Shown here one piece after another: positions 38,563 through 53,797 of a DNA stretch of 64,000 nucleotides. This DNA comes from Bdellovibrionales bacterium (GTDB lineage: Bacteria > Bdellovibrionota > Bdellovibrionia > Bdellovibrionales > UBA1609): positions 1,312,001 to 1,376,000 of the forward strand of contig OZ241329.1 in the NCBI GenBank assembly GCA_965199825.1. The letters are read 5' to 3'. The notes beneath the pieces are model-generated. The model was not told the origin of the DNA, did no database searches, and saw only the letters and a list, made by a program, of their open reading frames with translations. The position numbers and the translations under genes were made by a program. Every line of letters starts with the position of its first letter. Position 1 is the stretch's first letter.

Positions 38563-41500
38563 AATTATTGCTCTGGCAATGAAGCAGCAGTTTTTTGTTG
38601 GGATCTTTGTTTGTATCGCCATCGCAGTGGGCATCTTGACGTTGAGAAAACTTCCGGTGGATGCGGTGCCCGATATCACAAATACCCAAGTGATGGTTAT
38701 CGCAAAAACAAATGCGCTTGATCCTGAAAAAATTGAATCTCAAGTCACTTATAAAATCGAAGTCGAGATGGCGGGAATTCCTGAGATCGAAGAGATTCGG
38801 TCAATTACCAAGTATGGACTCTCACAAGTTTCGGTGATCTTTAAAGAGGGTGTTGATCTCGCATGGGCGCGCCAACAGGTGCTCGAAAAAATGCTCAATC
38901 TAGGGGGCCAACTTCCTGACGGTATCAATGCCGAACTTGTGCCGCCACTCACCGGTCTTGGCGAAATTTTATTTTATACCCTCGAGTTGAAATCTGATGC
39001 GAAGCCGATGATCGAATACGAAAAGCTAAAATATCTGCGCACAGTTCAAGATTATCATATTCGGCCGGAGCTCAGAAAAGTTTCGGGCGTGGCCGAGGTT
39101 GATACCATTGGTGGATTTAAACGCGAGCTTCATATCAATTATTTTCCCAATCGCTTAAAGAGCTATGGCCTTTCGGTCGAAAAATTGGTCGAAAAAATAA
39201 ATAATCTTGGCGAAAATTTTGGCGGTGGCTACATCCAGCACGACGGAAATCAAATTATTGTGCGCGCCACAACTCAGTTTAAACATTTTGATGATATCGA
39301 AAAAATTCCGCTCGCGCTCAATTACGGCGGCAAAAAAATTCATCTCGGCGATGTGGCAGATGTTCGTGTGGATCACGCTCTGCGCTTAGGATCGGCAACT
39401 CAAAACGGCAACGAGACAGTACTCGGTGTGGTGTTGATGCGAGCGGGCTCAAATAGCGAAAGAGTTTCGGCTGCGGCCTATGGGCGGCTAAAAGAATTGT
39501 CGCTCCCTGATAATGTCGAACTCAAGGTTCATTACAACCGAAGTCAATTGGTGGATGCCACAATTTCAACCGTGCTCAAAAATTTGGTTGAAGGTGCGGT
39601 GTTCGTGATTGTTGTTCTTTTATTGCTGCTCGGAAATTGGCGCGCTTCGATCATTGTTACAGCAGCCATTCCGGTTTCGATGCTGGCTGCCACAACAGGA
39701 ATGTATTGGCTCGGGATCAGCGCAAATTTGATGTCGCTCGGTGCAATCGATTTTGGATTGCTGGTGGATGGTTCTGTGGTGGTGATCGAAAATATTTTAC
39801 GGCGATTTGGTCAAATCGATTCGCACAAGATGACCAAAACCCAAAAGCTCGAATTGATTTTGGATGCCACAAAAGAAGTGGCAAAGCCGGTCGCGATGGG
39901 CCTCTTCATTATTATGGTTGTGTATGTGCCCATCTTGATGCTCGAGGGCACCGAAGGCAAAATGTTTAAGCCCATGGCTAAAACAGTTTTGTTAGCTCTA
40001 GGCTCATCTTTGTTTATTGCACTGCTTGTGATGCCGGCTTTGAGCTATATTATTGTGGCAAAATCAGAACATCACAAAGATCCATTTATTTTTCGGATCG
40101 CCCAAAAAGGTTATCAGGCTTTATTTCCATGGGCGTTTAAAAATCGAAAAGTAATTTTGGGACTTGCCGTGCCCCCTCTGATATTTGCGGCGATCGCTTT
40201 TTCACGCATGGGTGCCGATTTTATTCCGCAGCTGGATGAAGGCGATATGGTGATCGGCTTTACTCGCGACGCTAAATTAGGAATTGATGAATCTACAAAA
40301 TGGCAAAAACAAATCGAAACAATCATTCGAACTTTTCCTGAAGTCGAAAATGTTTTTTCGCGCATGGGAACGCCCGAATCAGCCTCAGATCCGATGGGTG
40401 TGAATTCCTCAGACACATTTATTATTTTAAAGAAAAATAAAAAAACATGGCCTTTGATCGATGGACATCGCCGCCAAAAATATGAACTCTTTGAAGCCAT
40501 CACCAAAGAGGTCAAAGAAAAACTACCGATCTCTCAGGCCGCACTCATGACCCAACCGATCGAGATGCGCTTTAACGAAATTCTCGAGGGCAGTCGGGCC
40601 GATGTGACCTTAAAAATTTACGGTCCTGATCTAGATCAATTGTTAAAATATATTGAGCAAGCCCAAAAGCTGATTGCACCAATCAAAGGTGTGGGCGAGG
40701 TGCTCAATGATCCCGCTACTGCTCTGACCAAAACTCCACTGCTCGATATCTCACTCGATTATCCAAAATTGGCCGAGCTCGATTTGCCATTATCAAATGT
40801 GCAGTCGGCGATGGCTTCAAGTATGAGTGGCCACACCGTGGGCTCTTATTTTTTAGATCATGTGCGGGTCCCAGTTCGAGTGATTATTGATGAGAGCTTG
40901 CGAGACAAGGTGGAGCATATCGCAAAAATTCCTGTCGGACTTGCCGAAGGCGGCACAGTGCCGCTAGATTTAGTGGCCGACCTCAATATGAAAGAGCAGG
41001 TCACAACCATCGCGCGCAATGATGGCAAAAGATTTTCGGCTTTGTCGATTTTTTTGCGAGACCGTGATGTGGATTCCTTTGTGAAAGAGGCCCAACAGGT
41101 GATTAAAAATCAATTGCATGTTGAATCTGGCTATGAACTTTATTGGGGCGGACAATTTCGTAACCTAGAAAAAGCCCGCAACCGACTAATGATCGTCGTG
41201 CCACTGACACTCCTTGCGATCTTTTTATTGATTCTCAAAAACTTTGGTTCTCTCAAGCAAGCGGTCTTAGTTTATAGCGCTATTCCCTTTGCCTGCACCG
41301 GTGGAATCTTTGCCCTTTATTTTAGAGGGATCAATATGAGTGTGTCTGCAGCGGTTGGATTTATCGCGCTCTCAGGAATTGTAATTTTGGATTCGATGGT
41401 GATGGTCAGCTTTTTTAATGACCTCATCAAAGCAGGGAAAAGTGTTCGCGATGCGGTGTTCGAAGGTACAAACTTAAGACTTCGCCCTGTGCTGATGACC

Positions 41501-41680
41501 GCATTGGTGGCAAGCCTCGGGTTTTTTCCGATGGCCTTTAACACCGGGTTAGGTGCCGAAGTGCAAAGACCACTGGCCTCAGTGGTGATCGGTGGCCTTG
41601 TCACTTCGACTTTTTTAACGTTGATCGCGCTGCCCCTCATTTATTTTACTTTGTATAAGTCGACTGACTCAAAAGAGTAA
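38552..41680 (+). CDS. czcA: CzcA/CusA-family heavy-metal RND efflux permease
   Basis: LPVDAVPDITNTQV, ANLMSLGAIDFGLLVDGSVVVIEN, FIPQLDEGD, RLRPVLMTALVASLGF; start set to the ATG at 38552. Confidence 0.92.
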   Translation: MLNKIIALAMKQQFFVGIFVCIAIAVGILTLRKLPVDAVPDITNTQVMVIAKTNALDPEKIESQVTYKIEVEMAGIPEIEEIRSITKYGLSQVSVIFKEGVDLAWARQQVLEKMLNLGGQLPDGINAELVPPLTGLGEILFYTLELKSDAKPMIEYEKLKYLRTVQDYHIRPELRKVSGVAEVDTIGGFKRELHINYFPNRLKSYGLSVEKLVEKINNLGENFGGGYIQHDGNQIIVRATTQFKHFDDIEKIPLALNYGGKKIHLGDVADVRVDHALRLGSATQNGNETVLGVVLMRAGSNSERVSAAAYGRLKELSLPDNVELKVHYNRSQLVDATISTVLKNLVEGAVFVIVVLLLLLGNWRASIIVTAAIPVSMLAATTGMYWLGISANLMSLGAIDFGLLVDGSVVVIENILRRFGQIDSHKMTKTQKLELILDATKEVAKPVAMGLFIIMVVYVPILMLEGTEGKMFKPMAKTVLLALGSSLFIALLVMPALSYIIVAKSEHHKDPFIFRIAQKGYQALFPWAFKNRKVILGLAVPPLIFAAIAFSRMGADFIPQLDEGDMVIGFTRDAKLGIDESTKWQKQIETIIRTFPEVENVFSRMGTPESASDPMGVNSSDTFIILKKNKKTWPLIDGHRRQKYELFEAITKEVKEKLPISQAALMTQPIEMRFNEILEGSRADVTLKIYGPDLDQLLKYIEQAQKLIAPIKGVGEVLNDPATALTKTPLLDISLDYPKLAELDLPLSNVQSAMASSMSGHTVGSYFLDHVRVPVRVIIDESLRDKVEHIAKIPVGLAEGGTVPLDLVADLNMKEQVTTIARNDGKRFSALSIFLRDRDVDSFVKEAQQVIKNQLHVESGYELYWGGQFRNLEKARNRLMIVVPLTLLAIFLLILKNFGSLKQAVLVYSAIPFACTGGIFALYFRGINMSVSAAVGFIALSGIVILDSMVMVSFFNDLIKAGKSVRDAVFEGTNLRLRPVLMTALVASLGFFPMAFNTGLGAEVQRPLASVVIGGLVTSTFLTLIALPLIYFTLYKSTDSKE

Positions 41681-42806
41681 CTGCGAGGGCAAGCACACCC
41701 ATGCTTGCCATAAATAAAAAATAAAAATGCATACCCCAATTTTCAAAAAGATAGCCTGCCGCCACATTACTGATGCTCGCTCCAAGTCCGATGGCGGTTG
41801 CAAGAAGTCCTGCCGAAAATGCAAACGACTGATTCGAAATTTTTGAAATCGCCAAGATTGGTGCTACCGCCAAAACCCCTGCAGCCACACCATCAAACAC
41901 TTGGATGAATATGAGTACATTCACGTTCGTCACAAAAGCAAAGCACAGGGCTCGAAGTACGACCGCATGGATTCCGATGATCAAACACCACCGAATCGCA
42001 ATTTTTTGGGCGGCCCAACCTGTCAGCCATGCAAACACAATGGCAACAACCTGCGAGACCACAATTCCGTAAGATAAAAATCGTGCGCCTTCACTTTTTG
42101 AAACAAGCGAAATATTTTGCACCGCAATTGGTAAGAGTGAAGCATTAGCAAATTGGAACAGAAGTGCAGTCACAAGTAATAAAATAATTTTCTTTTCAAA
42201 ATAAATTTGAGGCCGTTGAGTTCGGGGTCTTGATTCGATTCGAGGGATAAACAAAACCGAAAAGGCCGAAATGATCGACATGATTATAACGAGATAAAAT
42301 GCCGACATCACCGAATATTGACCAATCAGATAAGCGACCAAAAGTGCTGCACAAAAATTTCCGGCGTGATTAAAAGTTTCGTTGCGCCCGATACGCATGC
42401 CCAAATCCTTTGGCCCAGCGAGTGCAAGACTCAGAGTCGCAATGCCTGGACCTATAAAAGCGCACGCGATCCCCGTACCGATTTGGAGTCCAATGATTGG
42501 CCAAAACTGATCCGCGATCATAATGCAAAAAGTGAAAAGGGCAATTGCGAGCGAGGGCCCAATTAACCACCAACGTTTATTTTTCGAAGAATCAAAAATA
42601 AAACCCGCCGGGGTCGCACAAAACAGCGAGGCCGTATTTGCTGCAGCAAGTGCCCAGCCAATTTTTGATGGAGTCCACTCGGTCTTTGAAACCAATAGCA
42701 GGGTGAGGTACGGACCTACACCATCACGCATGTCTGCAGCACAGGTATTTAAAACGTCTAAAGCTCGTTCAGAGGACTTTCGCATTAATCTTGTTGTAGT
42801 TTGCAA
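41646..42806 (-). CDS. MFS transporter
   Basis: About 12 hydrophobic segments; ADMRDGVGPY, RIGRNETFNHAGN, LFQFANASLLP. Confidence 0.9.
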   Translation of the reverse strand: MQTTTRLMRKSSERALDVLNTCAADMRDGVGPYLTLLLVSKTEWTPSKIGWALAAANTASLFCATPAGFIFDSSKNKRWWLIGPSLAIALFTFCIMIADQFWPIIGLQIGTGIACAFIGPGIATLSLALAGPKDLGMRIGRNETFNHAGNFCAALLVAYLIGQYSVMSAFYLVIIMSIISAFSVLFIPRIESRPRTQRPQIYFEKKIILLLVTALLFQFANASLLPIAVQNISLVSKSEGARFLSYGIVVSQVVAIVFAWLTGWAAQKIAIRWCLIIGIHAVVLRALCFAFVTNVNVLIFIQVFDGVAAGVLAVAPILAISKISNQSFAFSAGLLATAIGLGASISNVAAGYLFENWGMHFYFLFMASMGVLALAVTLLSQSTYTK

Positions 42807-42832
42807 ACGTGATCGAAGGTAGGACTATTTGT

Positions 42833-43375
42833 TCAGTTACCCAGAAATTGAAATAGATCAATCGTCGACATTTCTCCCTCTCGGCCATAAAGCAGCAGGC
42901 TGAGATCTTTTTTATTTCGCACTAAAAGAATTTTGTTGTTGCTATTGAATTTCAAAAATTTCTCTAAAAGAAATTTGATTTGTTTGATTTTGGCTTGATG
43001 ACCCAAAGCCTCGCCAAAATCTTTAGAAGCTTGATCCGCAGAGACTTCTGATGTCCATTCGTTTCGGAAATTAGAAAATGCGATATTGTCAGAAAGAAAT
43101 TTTTTTTTAACCCCCTCAATGTCCAGGGGAAGCTTGCTGTTCTGGTGCGCTCCTAATAATGAATACGGAATATGATTTTTTGTGAGACCTGAGTAAAACC
43201 TATCACCGGCCTGAAAAGAGCCTGACTCCATTTCGCCCTCAATCAGAGTCTGAAGTTTATTGCAAAAATCAGCATGACTCCCAAAGACACATCCAAAGGT
43301 AGCCCAACCACGTGGATCCTTCTCGAGTTCAAAAGATTGTGCAGACAAAAGAAGGAAGAAAAATAATTTGGTCAT
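42833..43375 (-). CDS. Hypothetical secreted protein
   Basis: 180-aa ORF with a short signal-like N-terminus. Confidence 0.65.
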   Translation of the reverse strand: MTKLFFFLLLSAQSFELEKDPRGWATFGCVFGSHADFCNKLQTLIEGEMESGSFQAGDRFYSGLTKNHIPYSLLGAHQNSKLPLDIEGVKKKFLSDNIAFSNFRNEWTSEVSADQASKDFGEALGHQAKIKQIKFLLEKFLKFNSNNKILLVRNKKDLSLLLYGREGEMSTIDLFQFLGN

Positions 43376-43452
43376 GAACTTATATTAACAAATCAGAATC
43401 GCTGCGAGTGAGGAGTTTTGTTCATAAACAGAATCGTTGCCAGACCTCAGGC

Positions 43453-43517
43453 TTAGGAGCCGAGCGTGAATGCTAATTTTTCAAACGGACCCGCAATCAA
43501 GATTTTGCCTATTGATC
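43453..43517 (-). pseudogene. Diverged duplicate of the 3' end of the marR-family gene
   Basis: Encodes KILIAGPFEKLAFTLGS* vs KIMIASAFEKLASSLPS* of MarR; shares the exact 14-mer gctaatttttcaaa and the same stop position. Confidence 0.75.
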
Positions 43518-43527
43518 TGGGTACTTC

Positions 43528-44003
43528 CGCGGGCACGACAAACTCTCGCGGGCACGACAAACTCTCGCGGGCACGACAAAACTCTCGCGGGCACGACAAA
43601 CTCTCGCGGGCACGACAAAACTCTCGCGGGCACGACAAAACTCTCGTGGGCACGACAAAACTCTCGTGGGCACGACAAGCTCTCGCGGGCACGACAAGCT
43701 CTCGTGGGCACGACAAACTCTCGTGGGCACGACAAGCTCTCGCGGGCACGACAAGCTCTCGCGGGCACGACAAACTCTCGCGGGCACGACAAACTCTCGC
43801 GGGCACGACAAACTCTCGCGGGCACGACAAACTCTCGCGGGCACGACAAACTCTCGCGGGCACGACAAACTCTCGCGGGCACGACAAACTCTCGCGGGCA
43901 CGACAAACTCTCGCGGGCACGACAAACTCTCGCGGGCACGACAAACTCTCGCGGGCACGACAAACTCTCGCGGGCACGACAAACTCTCGCGGGCACGACA
44001 AAC
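43528..44003 (+). repeat. Tandem repeat, 25 copies of the 19-bp unit CGCGGGCACGACAAACTCT
   Basis: GGGCACGAC cores from 43531 to 43991; four 20-bp units (extra A); point variants confined to copies 3-12. Confidence 0.97.
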
Positions 44004-44180
44004 AAAATAAAAGCCCAGATTTATATTCTCACTCACTCACTCAATCAATAACAGGAAGCCCCAATACCAAAACGAACGGAGCTAAAAAATGCTCACCTCT
44101 AGCGCAGCTCAACCACCCGAACGGTCAAAGCTCGAGCGCAAAATTCACCGATCGCAATTGAGCTTGCTCAAACGCCAACT

Positions 44181-44603
44181 TCACGAGGGAAGTGAAGACG
44201 CTAATTTTTCAAATGCACTCGCAATCATGATTTTGTCTGTTTGATCAAAGGCCTCAAGCGCCTCTTTTACCGATTGATTTGAAATGGCGTTAATCTTTTC
44301 GACCACGTGCTCGCCTCGTTTGGTCAGACCTAGTATTTTGGATCTCTTGTCCAAAGGATCGTTAACAATCTGAATCAACTTTTTATTTTTTAAAACGGCG
44401 ATCAATCGGCTCACCGACGATTTTTCAAGATGGAGCAAAGCGACCAAATCATTGGCCTTTAAATTTTCAATACGATCAATATCAATCAGTGCACTACACT
44501 GTGAAAGCGAGAGTCCAACACCATAAGGGTCAGATTTTAGAACTCCGGCTCGACGATTGAACTGTCTTAAGGCATCACGCACGACTTTAATCTGATCTTT
44601 CAT
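44181..44603 (-). CDS. MarR-family transcriptional regulator
   Basis: LSLSQCSAL, LEKSSVSRLI..L, DPLDKRSKILGLTKRG. Confidence 0.93.
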   Translation of the reverse strand: MKDQIKVVRDALRQFNRRAGVLKSDPYGVGLSLSQCSALIDIDRIENLKANDLVALLHLEKSSVSRLIAVLKNKKLIQIVNDPLDKRSKILGLTKRGEHVVEKINAISNQSVKEALEAFDQTDKIMIASAFEKLASSLPS

Positions 44604-44604
44604 A

Positions 44605-44642
44605 AGTTGTAATATACAACTAAATAGATGTATTATACAACT
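44605..44642. promoter_or_regulatory. Two palindromic operator-like sites between the divergent marR and anmK genes
   Basis: AGTTGTA-ATA-TACAACT (44605-44621, perfect) and AGATGTA-TTA-TACAACT (44626-44642, 1 mismatch), 21 bp apart. Confidence 0.8.
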
Positions 44643-44647
44643 AAGAA

Positions 44648-49159
<4,512 letters not shown>

Positions 49160-49177
<18 letters not shown>

Positions 49178-51232
49178 TTTTGCAAATCGGTAAACAGTCT
49201 CAACCAAATCGCGCTGCACGATGGGTTTTGGCAAGTGATCGTTGCATCCCACATCTTGACATTTTTTTCGTACATCCGACATCGCATGTGCGGTGAGTGC
49301 AATAATTGGGGTCTTAAATCCGCGTGAACGCAATTTGCCGGTGGCAGTGTAGCCATCCATCAAGGGCATTTGAAGATCCATCAAAACCACATCATGTTCA
49401 TGCGAAAGAGCTTTGGATATTCCCTCGATTCCGTTGTCTGCAATCTCGATCACCGCGCCGTATTTTGTAAGATAGCGCCAAATCAATTGCTGATTGTCGG
49501 GCGAATCCTCAACCAGTAAAACACGTATCCCCGCTAATGCATCAATCGCAATGTCTGGATCTTTTGATTTCGATTTAGAAATCGAGTCGGTTTCGGACTT
49601 CGCCAAAAGATCATCCCGACTCTGTACCGAAAATCGAAAGGTACTCCCATTGTTTTTAGAACTCTCCACAAGAATCACATCTCCACCTAGCGAGCGGGCG
49701 AGTGAGCGCGACAAGGCTAAGCCCAGTCCCGTGCCGCCGTACTTTCGAGTCATCGAATTGTCGGCCTGCACAAACATTTTAAATAATTTTTGGGCGGCGT
49801 GCTCTGGTATTCCGGTTCCGGTGTCTCGTACATCAAATGAAAAATTCTTGTTTCCCTCTGCATCCAAACGGCTTGAGAGTTCGATGTGGATAGATCCGAC
49901 CTTGGTAAATTTCAAAGCATTGCCCACAAGGTTCATCAGCACTTGGCGCATGCGGGTCGGATCAGAAACAATTTCGTCATCCCCAGGGTTTGAAAATGTC
50001 AGAGTGAGTCCTTTTTCTTTTGCAAGCACAGACATCAGTGAGACAACTTCATTGACAATTTGCACCGGGCGCACTTTTAAATATTCAAAATTGATATGAC
50101 CGGTTTCGACTTTTGAAAGATCCAAAATATCATTGATGATGCGACTGAGTTGTTCACCATTGCGATGAAGAATATCAATGTAGTTGGCTCGCTCAGCAAC
50201 CGTTGCGCCGGGCTCACCAAGTAAATTTGCAAACCCCATCATCGCTCCAAGAGGTGTGCGAATCTCGTGCGACATATTTGCTAAGAAGGCTGATTTTAAA
50301 TTGTTCGCGCGCTCGGCTTCATCACGAGCCGCTTCGGCCTCGCGCTTTGCTTTTTGCAAGGATTTGGTCGCGACCACGCGCTCAGTGATGTCGCCAATTA
50401 ATCCAGAAAAACTTTTGGCTTCACCTTGATCATTCACTGCCACAGCACCTCGAGAATTCATCCAGCGAGTGGAGCCATCAGATAAAACAATCCGGTACTC
50501 ATCGTAGTAAAGAGTTTTGTCTTTGACCGCTTGTTGCCAAATTTTGTTTGCCGATTCACGGTCGTCAGGGTGCAAGACTTTTTCAATTGCACTAAAAACA
50601 TTTTCGTTCAAATCGTTGATGCCTAAGATTGCTGCGGCCCCATGTGAACTTGAGACAACCATTGTTTCAAGATCGATATGCCAAGATCCCATCTGCGCCG
50701 AATCAAGTGCAAAAACCAATTGTCGTTGGCTTTCGTGAAGCTCGGTGAGCAATCTTTCTTTTGCCGCGGTGGCTAATTTTTTTTCGGTGATTTCAAAAGC
50801 GGTGTTGTGGATCCCTTGAACTTTTCCAGTGGCGTCTAAGATTGGACTTAACGAATAATCGAAATAGGCTTCTTTAGGTTTATCGAATCGGTCCATCAAA
50901 AGCATTTGATCGTTTAACGCGATGCCGACTTTAGTCTTCATCACTGATTCGAACTGTTGTGCAATGGCTGGCCAAATTTCTTTCCAGACTTCGGTACCCG
51001 GTTGACCAAAGCCTTGAGGATGCTTGCGGCCCGCAATGGGAGCGTAGCTGTCGTTATAAAATAAATAAAATTCTGGTCCCCAATAAATTGCGGTGGGAAT
51101 TTTTGAGGCAAAGCACGACATCAATGAGGATTTTAAAAGATCTGGCCAGGATGCAAGAGGACCGAGAGGTGTGCTTGCCCAATCTTTACTGAGTAAAAGT
51201 TCTGATGCTTCGGAGTGATTCGGAAACTTCAT
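49160..51232 (-). CDS. PAS-domain hybrid histidine kinase/response regulator
   Basis: DWASTPLGP..SWP N-terminus, two PAS-like domains, [20 protein letters not shown], receiver LMDLQMP. Confidence 0.93.
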
Positions 51233-51290
51233 GCTTACGCACAATACGGCAAATCTCAAAGACTCACCAGTTCGAAATTTATTAGAATGT

Positions 51291-53702
51291 CTAGCTTACT
51301 TTTTTCTGTTGGCTTTCAATAACCGAGATCCACTTGCGTAAAATGTCATCGAGCTTTTTGAGTGAGACAGGTTTTGAAATATGATCGTTCATACCTGCGG
51401 CTAAACAGCGCTCGCGATCACCTTTCATTGCATTAGCAGTCATTGCGATGATCGGAATTTTATTATTCAACAAAATATTTCCACGCCGAATTTGACCAGT
51501 GGCCTCATAGCCATCCATCTCGGGCATCTGGCAATCCATCAAGATCAAATCGTAGGGACGATTTTGAAGTGCATCGAGTGCTTCCTTACCATTTGCGACA
51601 ACGTCGGCACGAAGCCCAAGCTTTCCAAGCATCTTCACCGCAATGACTTGATTCACTTGGTTATCTTCAGCCACCAAAATACGCCAAGGTTTGTTGATCA
51701 ATGGAGTTAAGGTTGCGGGTTCAGAAGAAATATCCTGATGAGCTTCTTTTACAACCGGCAAAAGATGAATACTAAACCAAAAGCGAGAGCCCGATCCAAT
51801 GGTGCTCTCGACTCCAATGCGGCCAGACATCTGCTCGACCAAACCTTTGCAAATTGAAAGGCCCAAACCTGTGCCGCCATAACGGCGAGTGGTTGAGGCA
51901 TCGGCTTGGCTAAATTCGGTAAATAAGTGATTGATAACTTCTTGAGAAATTCCGATTCCAGAATCTTTGATCTCAAAATAAAGTTCGATATCTGATTCGG
52001 TCTGCTTTAAACAAGATAAGTTGACTTCAACTGTGCCATGCTCGGTAAACTTAATTGCATTACTAATCAGATTATTTAAAATCTGTCGCAAGCGGCCGGG
52101 GTCGCCTTTGACATAAGTTGGAAATCCCGGAGCAATATTGATCTCGAGTTTTAAATCTTTGTTGCGAACCGAAAAGGAAAACGAAGTCTTAATATCTTGA
52201 ATGGTGCTGATCAAATCAAAATCAACTTGTTCAAATTGCAGTCGTCCCGCTTCAATTTTCGAAAAATCAAGAACATCATTAATAAGATAAAGCAGCGATT
52301 CGCCCGAATATTTAATTGCATCGGCAAATTCCTTTTGCTCATTTTTAAGTGGAGTGTCGAGCAGTAACCCAGTCATACCCAAAATTCCATTCAGTGGAGT
52401 ACGAAACTCATGGCTCATGTTTGCAAGAAACATCGATTTTGCTTTCGTTGCTTCTTCTGCCTGATCGCGCGAAACGGTCAATTCCGATTGGGCTTTTTCA
52501 AGCGCCGCAATAGCCAAAGACTTTTGATTGAACTCCATCGCCTGGCCAAGTGCTGAAATGAGAGTTCCCGTGATGAGTTCTAAAGATTTAAAAGTTTGAT
52601 CATTAAAGTGATTGGGCTGATGAGAATAAGTTTTTAATACTCCGATGGTTTTTTTACCATCTCTCAACGGCACCGCAATCATCGATCGCAAATTGGCCGT
52701 ACGACAAGCCTCGCGATTGACCCTTAAGTCTGTGTCTGAATCATCGCATCTCAAACTTTTATTTTGATCAAGAGTCGAGCCCGAAAAACTGCCCTCGCGC
52801 TTCATGCGCATGTTTAAAAGTGGAATTGCTGAGCCTGCGACATATGCATAAACAAGTTCTTCACCTTCAACAATTTCGATCACGCCACCATCGGCCTGTG
52901 TCAGCTCCATAGAACGCTGGACCACAAAGTCCATCATCTTTTCGGGAGTCAACTCAGCTGTAACAATGCTTTTTTGAATTTCGATGATTTTTGTTAAAAG
53001 AGTTTTTTGTTCGTTCAAAGAATCATTGGTTTGATGAAGTGACTTTTGCGCCCGCATCCGCTGACTTTGGTTTTTCTTAAGTAATAATAGGAAAAACCCT
53101 ACTAGCAAAACCGCAACCGAACTACCAAAAAAGATAGTCAATGTGCTGCTGTGAAGAATAATCTCCATCTGTTGGTTCTGCTGAGCTACTTTTTCCCATT
53201 GAACCCGATTCATCTGTTCAATGATCGAGCGCACTTCGACCATCAAATTGTGGCCTGCATTTGTGGTCACAACCGCAAGAGCCGCTTTAAAACCTTTTTG
53301 ATTTCGAAGTTCGATAGTGTGAGTGAGCTCTAACAGTTTTTTTGCAACTAAGTCTTGAACCCGATCAAGATTTTGTATTTGGTCGGGCTGTGATTTGAGC
53401 ATCCCACGCAAGTTTTCAATTTGCTGAGGAATCATTTTTACAGCTAAAGTATACGGAGTTAAATATTCCTCCTGACCCGTCAGCAAATATCCACGTTGAC
53501 CTGTTTCAGCATCAACAACATTCGAAATCAACTGATTGAGTTGGAGAACAATCTGGTGCAGCTCAACATTTCGTGCGCCAATAGTTCCAACATTTTGCAC
53601 ACTTTGACGCAAAAAAATGCCGATCAGAATCAATCCGCCGATTGCCAAAGCAAAGCCGATATTGAGACGATTTTCGATGCGATTTTCTGTGCGTTGGTCC
53701 AT
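51291..53702 (-). CDS. CHASE3-GAF hybrid histidine kinase/response regulator
   Basis: [13 protein letters not shown] (CHASE3) between two TM helices, GAF (RSMIAVPL), [13 protein letters not shown], receiver LMDCQMP. Confidence 0.94.
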   Translation of the reverse strand: MDQRTENRIENRLNIGFALAIGGLILIGIFLRQSVQNVGTIGARNVELHQIVLQLNQLISNVVDAETGQRGYLLTGQEEYLTPYTLAVKMIPQQIENLRGMLKSQPDQIQNLDRVQDLVAKKLLELTHTIELRNQKGFKAALAVVTTNAGHNLMVEVRSIIEQMNRVQWEKVAQQNQQMEIILHSSTLTIFFGSSVAVLLVGFFLLLLKKNQSQRMRAQKSLHQTNDSLNEQKTLLTKIIEIQKSIVTAELTPEKMMDFVVQRSMELTQADGGVIEIVEGEELVYAYVAGSAIPLLNMRMKREGSFSGSTLDQNKSLRCDDSDTDLRVNREACRTANLRSMIAVPLRDGKKTIGVLKTYSHQPNHFNDQTFKSLELITGTLISALGQAMEFNQKSLAIAALEKAQSELTVSRDQAEEATKAKSMFLANMSHEFRTPLNGILGMTGLLLDTPLKNEQKEFADAIKYSGESLLYLINDVLDFSKIEAGRLQFEQVDFDLISTIQDIKTSFSFSVRNKDLKLEINIAPGFPTYVKGDPGRLRQILNNLISNAIKFTEHGTVEVNLSCLKQTESDIELYFEIKDSGIGISQEVINHLFTEFSQADASTTRRYGGTGLGLSICKGLVEQMSGRIGVESTIGSGSRFWFSIHLLPVVKEAHQDISSEPATLTPLINKPWRILVAEDNQVNQVIAVKMLGKLGLRADVVANGKEALDALQNRPYDLILMDCQMPEMDGYEATGQIRRGNILLNNKIPIIAMTANAMKGDRERCLAAGMNDHISKPVSLKKLDDILRKWISVIESQQKKVS

Positions 53703-53797
53703 CGATGACTTATCGGAAGATTGAACCAAACAATTGCTGTTATATAGACTAGTTTTTGTGCAGAGCAATACTGGCGATGCGTCTCGACCTGAGAAAA

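Noticed and set aside
43453..44161. Six overlapping ORFs across the 19-bp tandem repeat, and a CRISPR reading of it
   Set aside because: Open only because the unit lacks stop codons; there are no spacers between units
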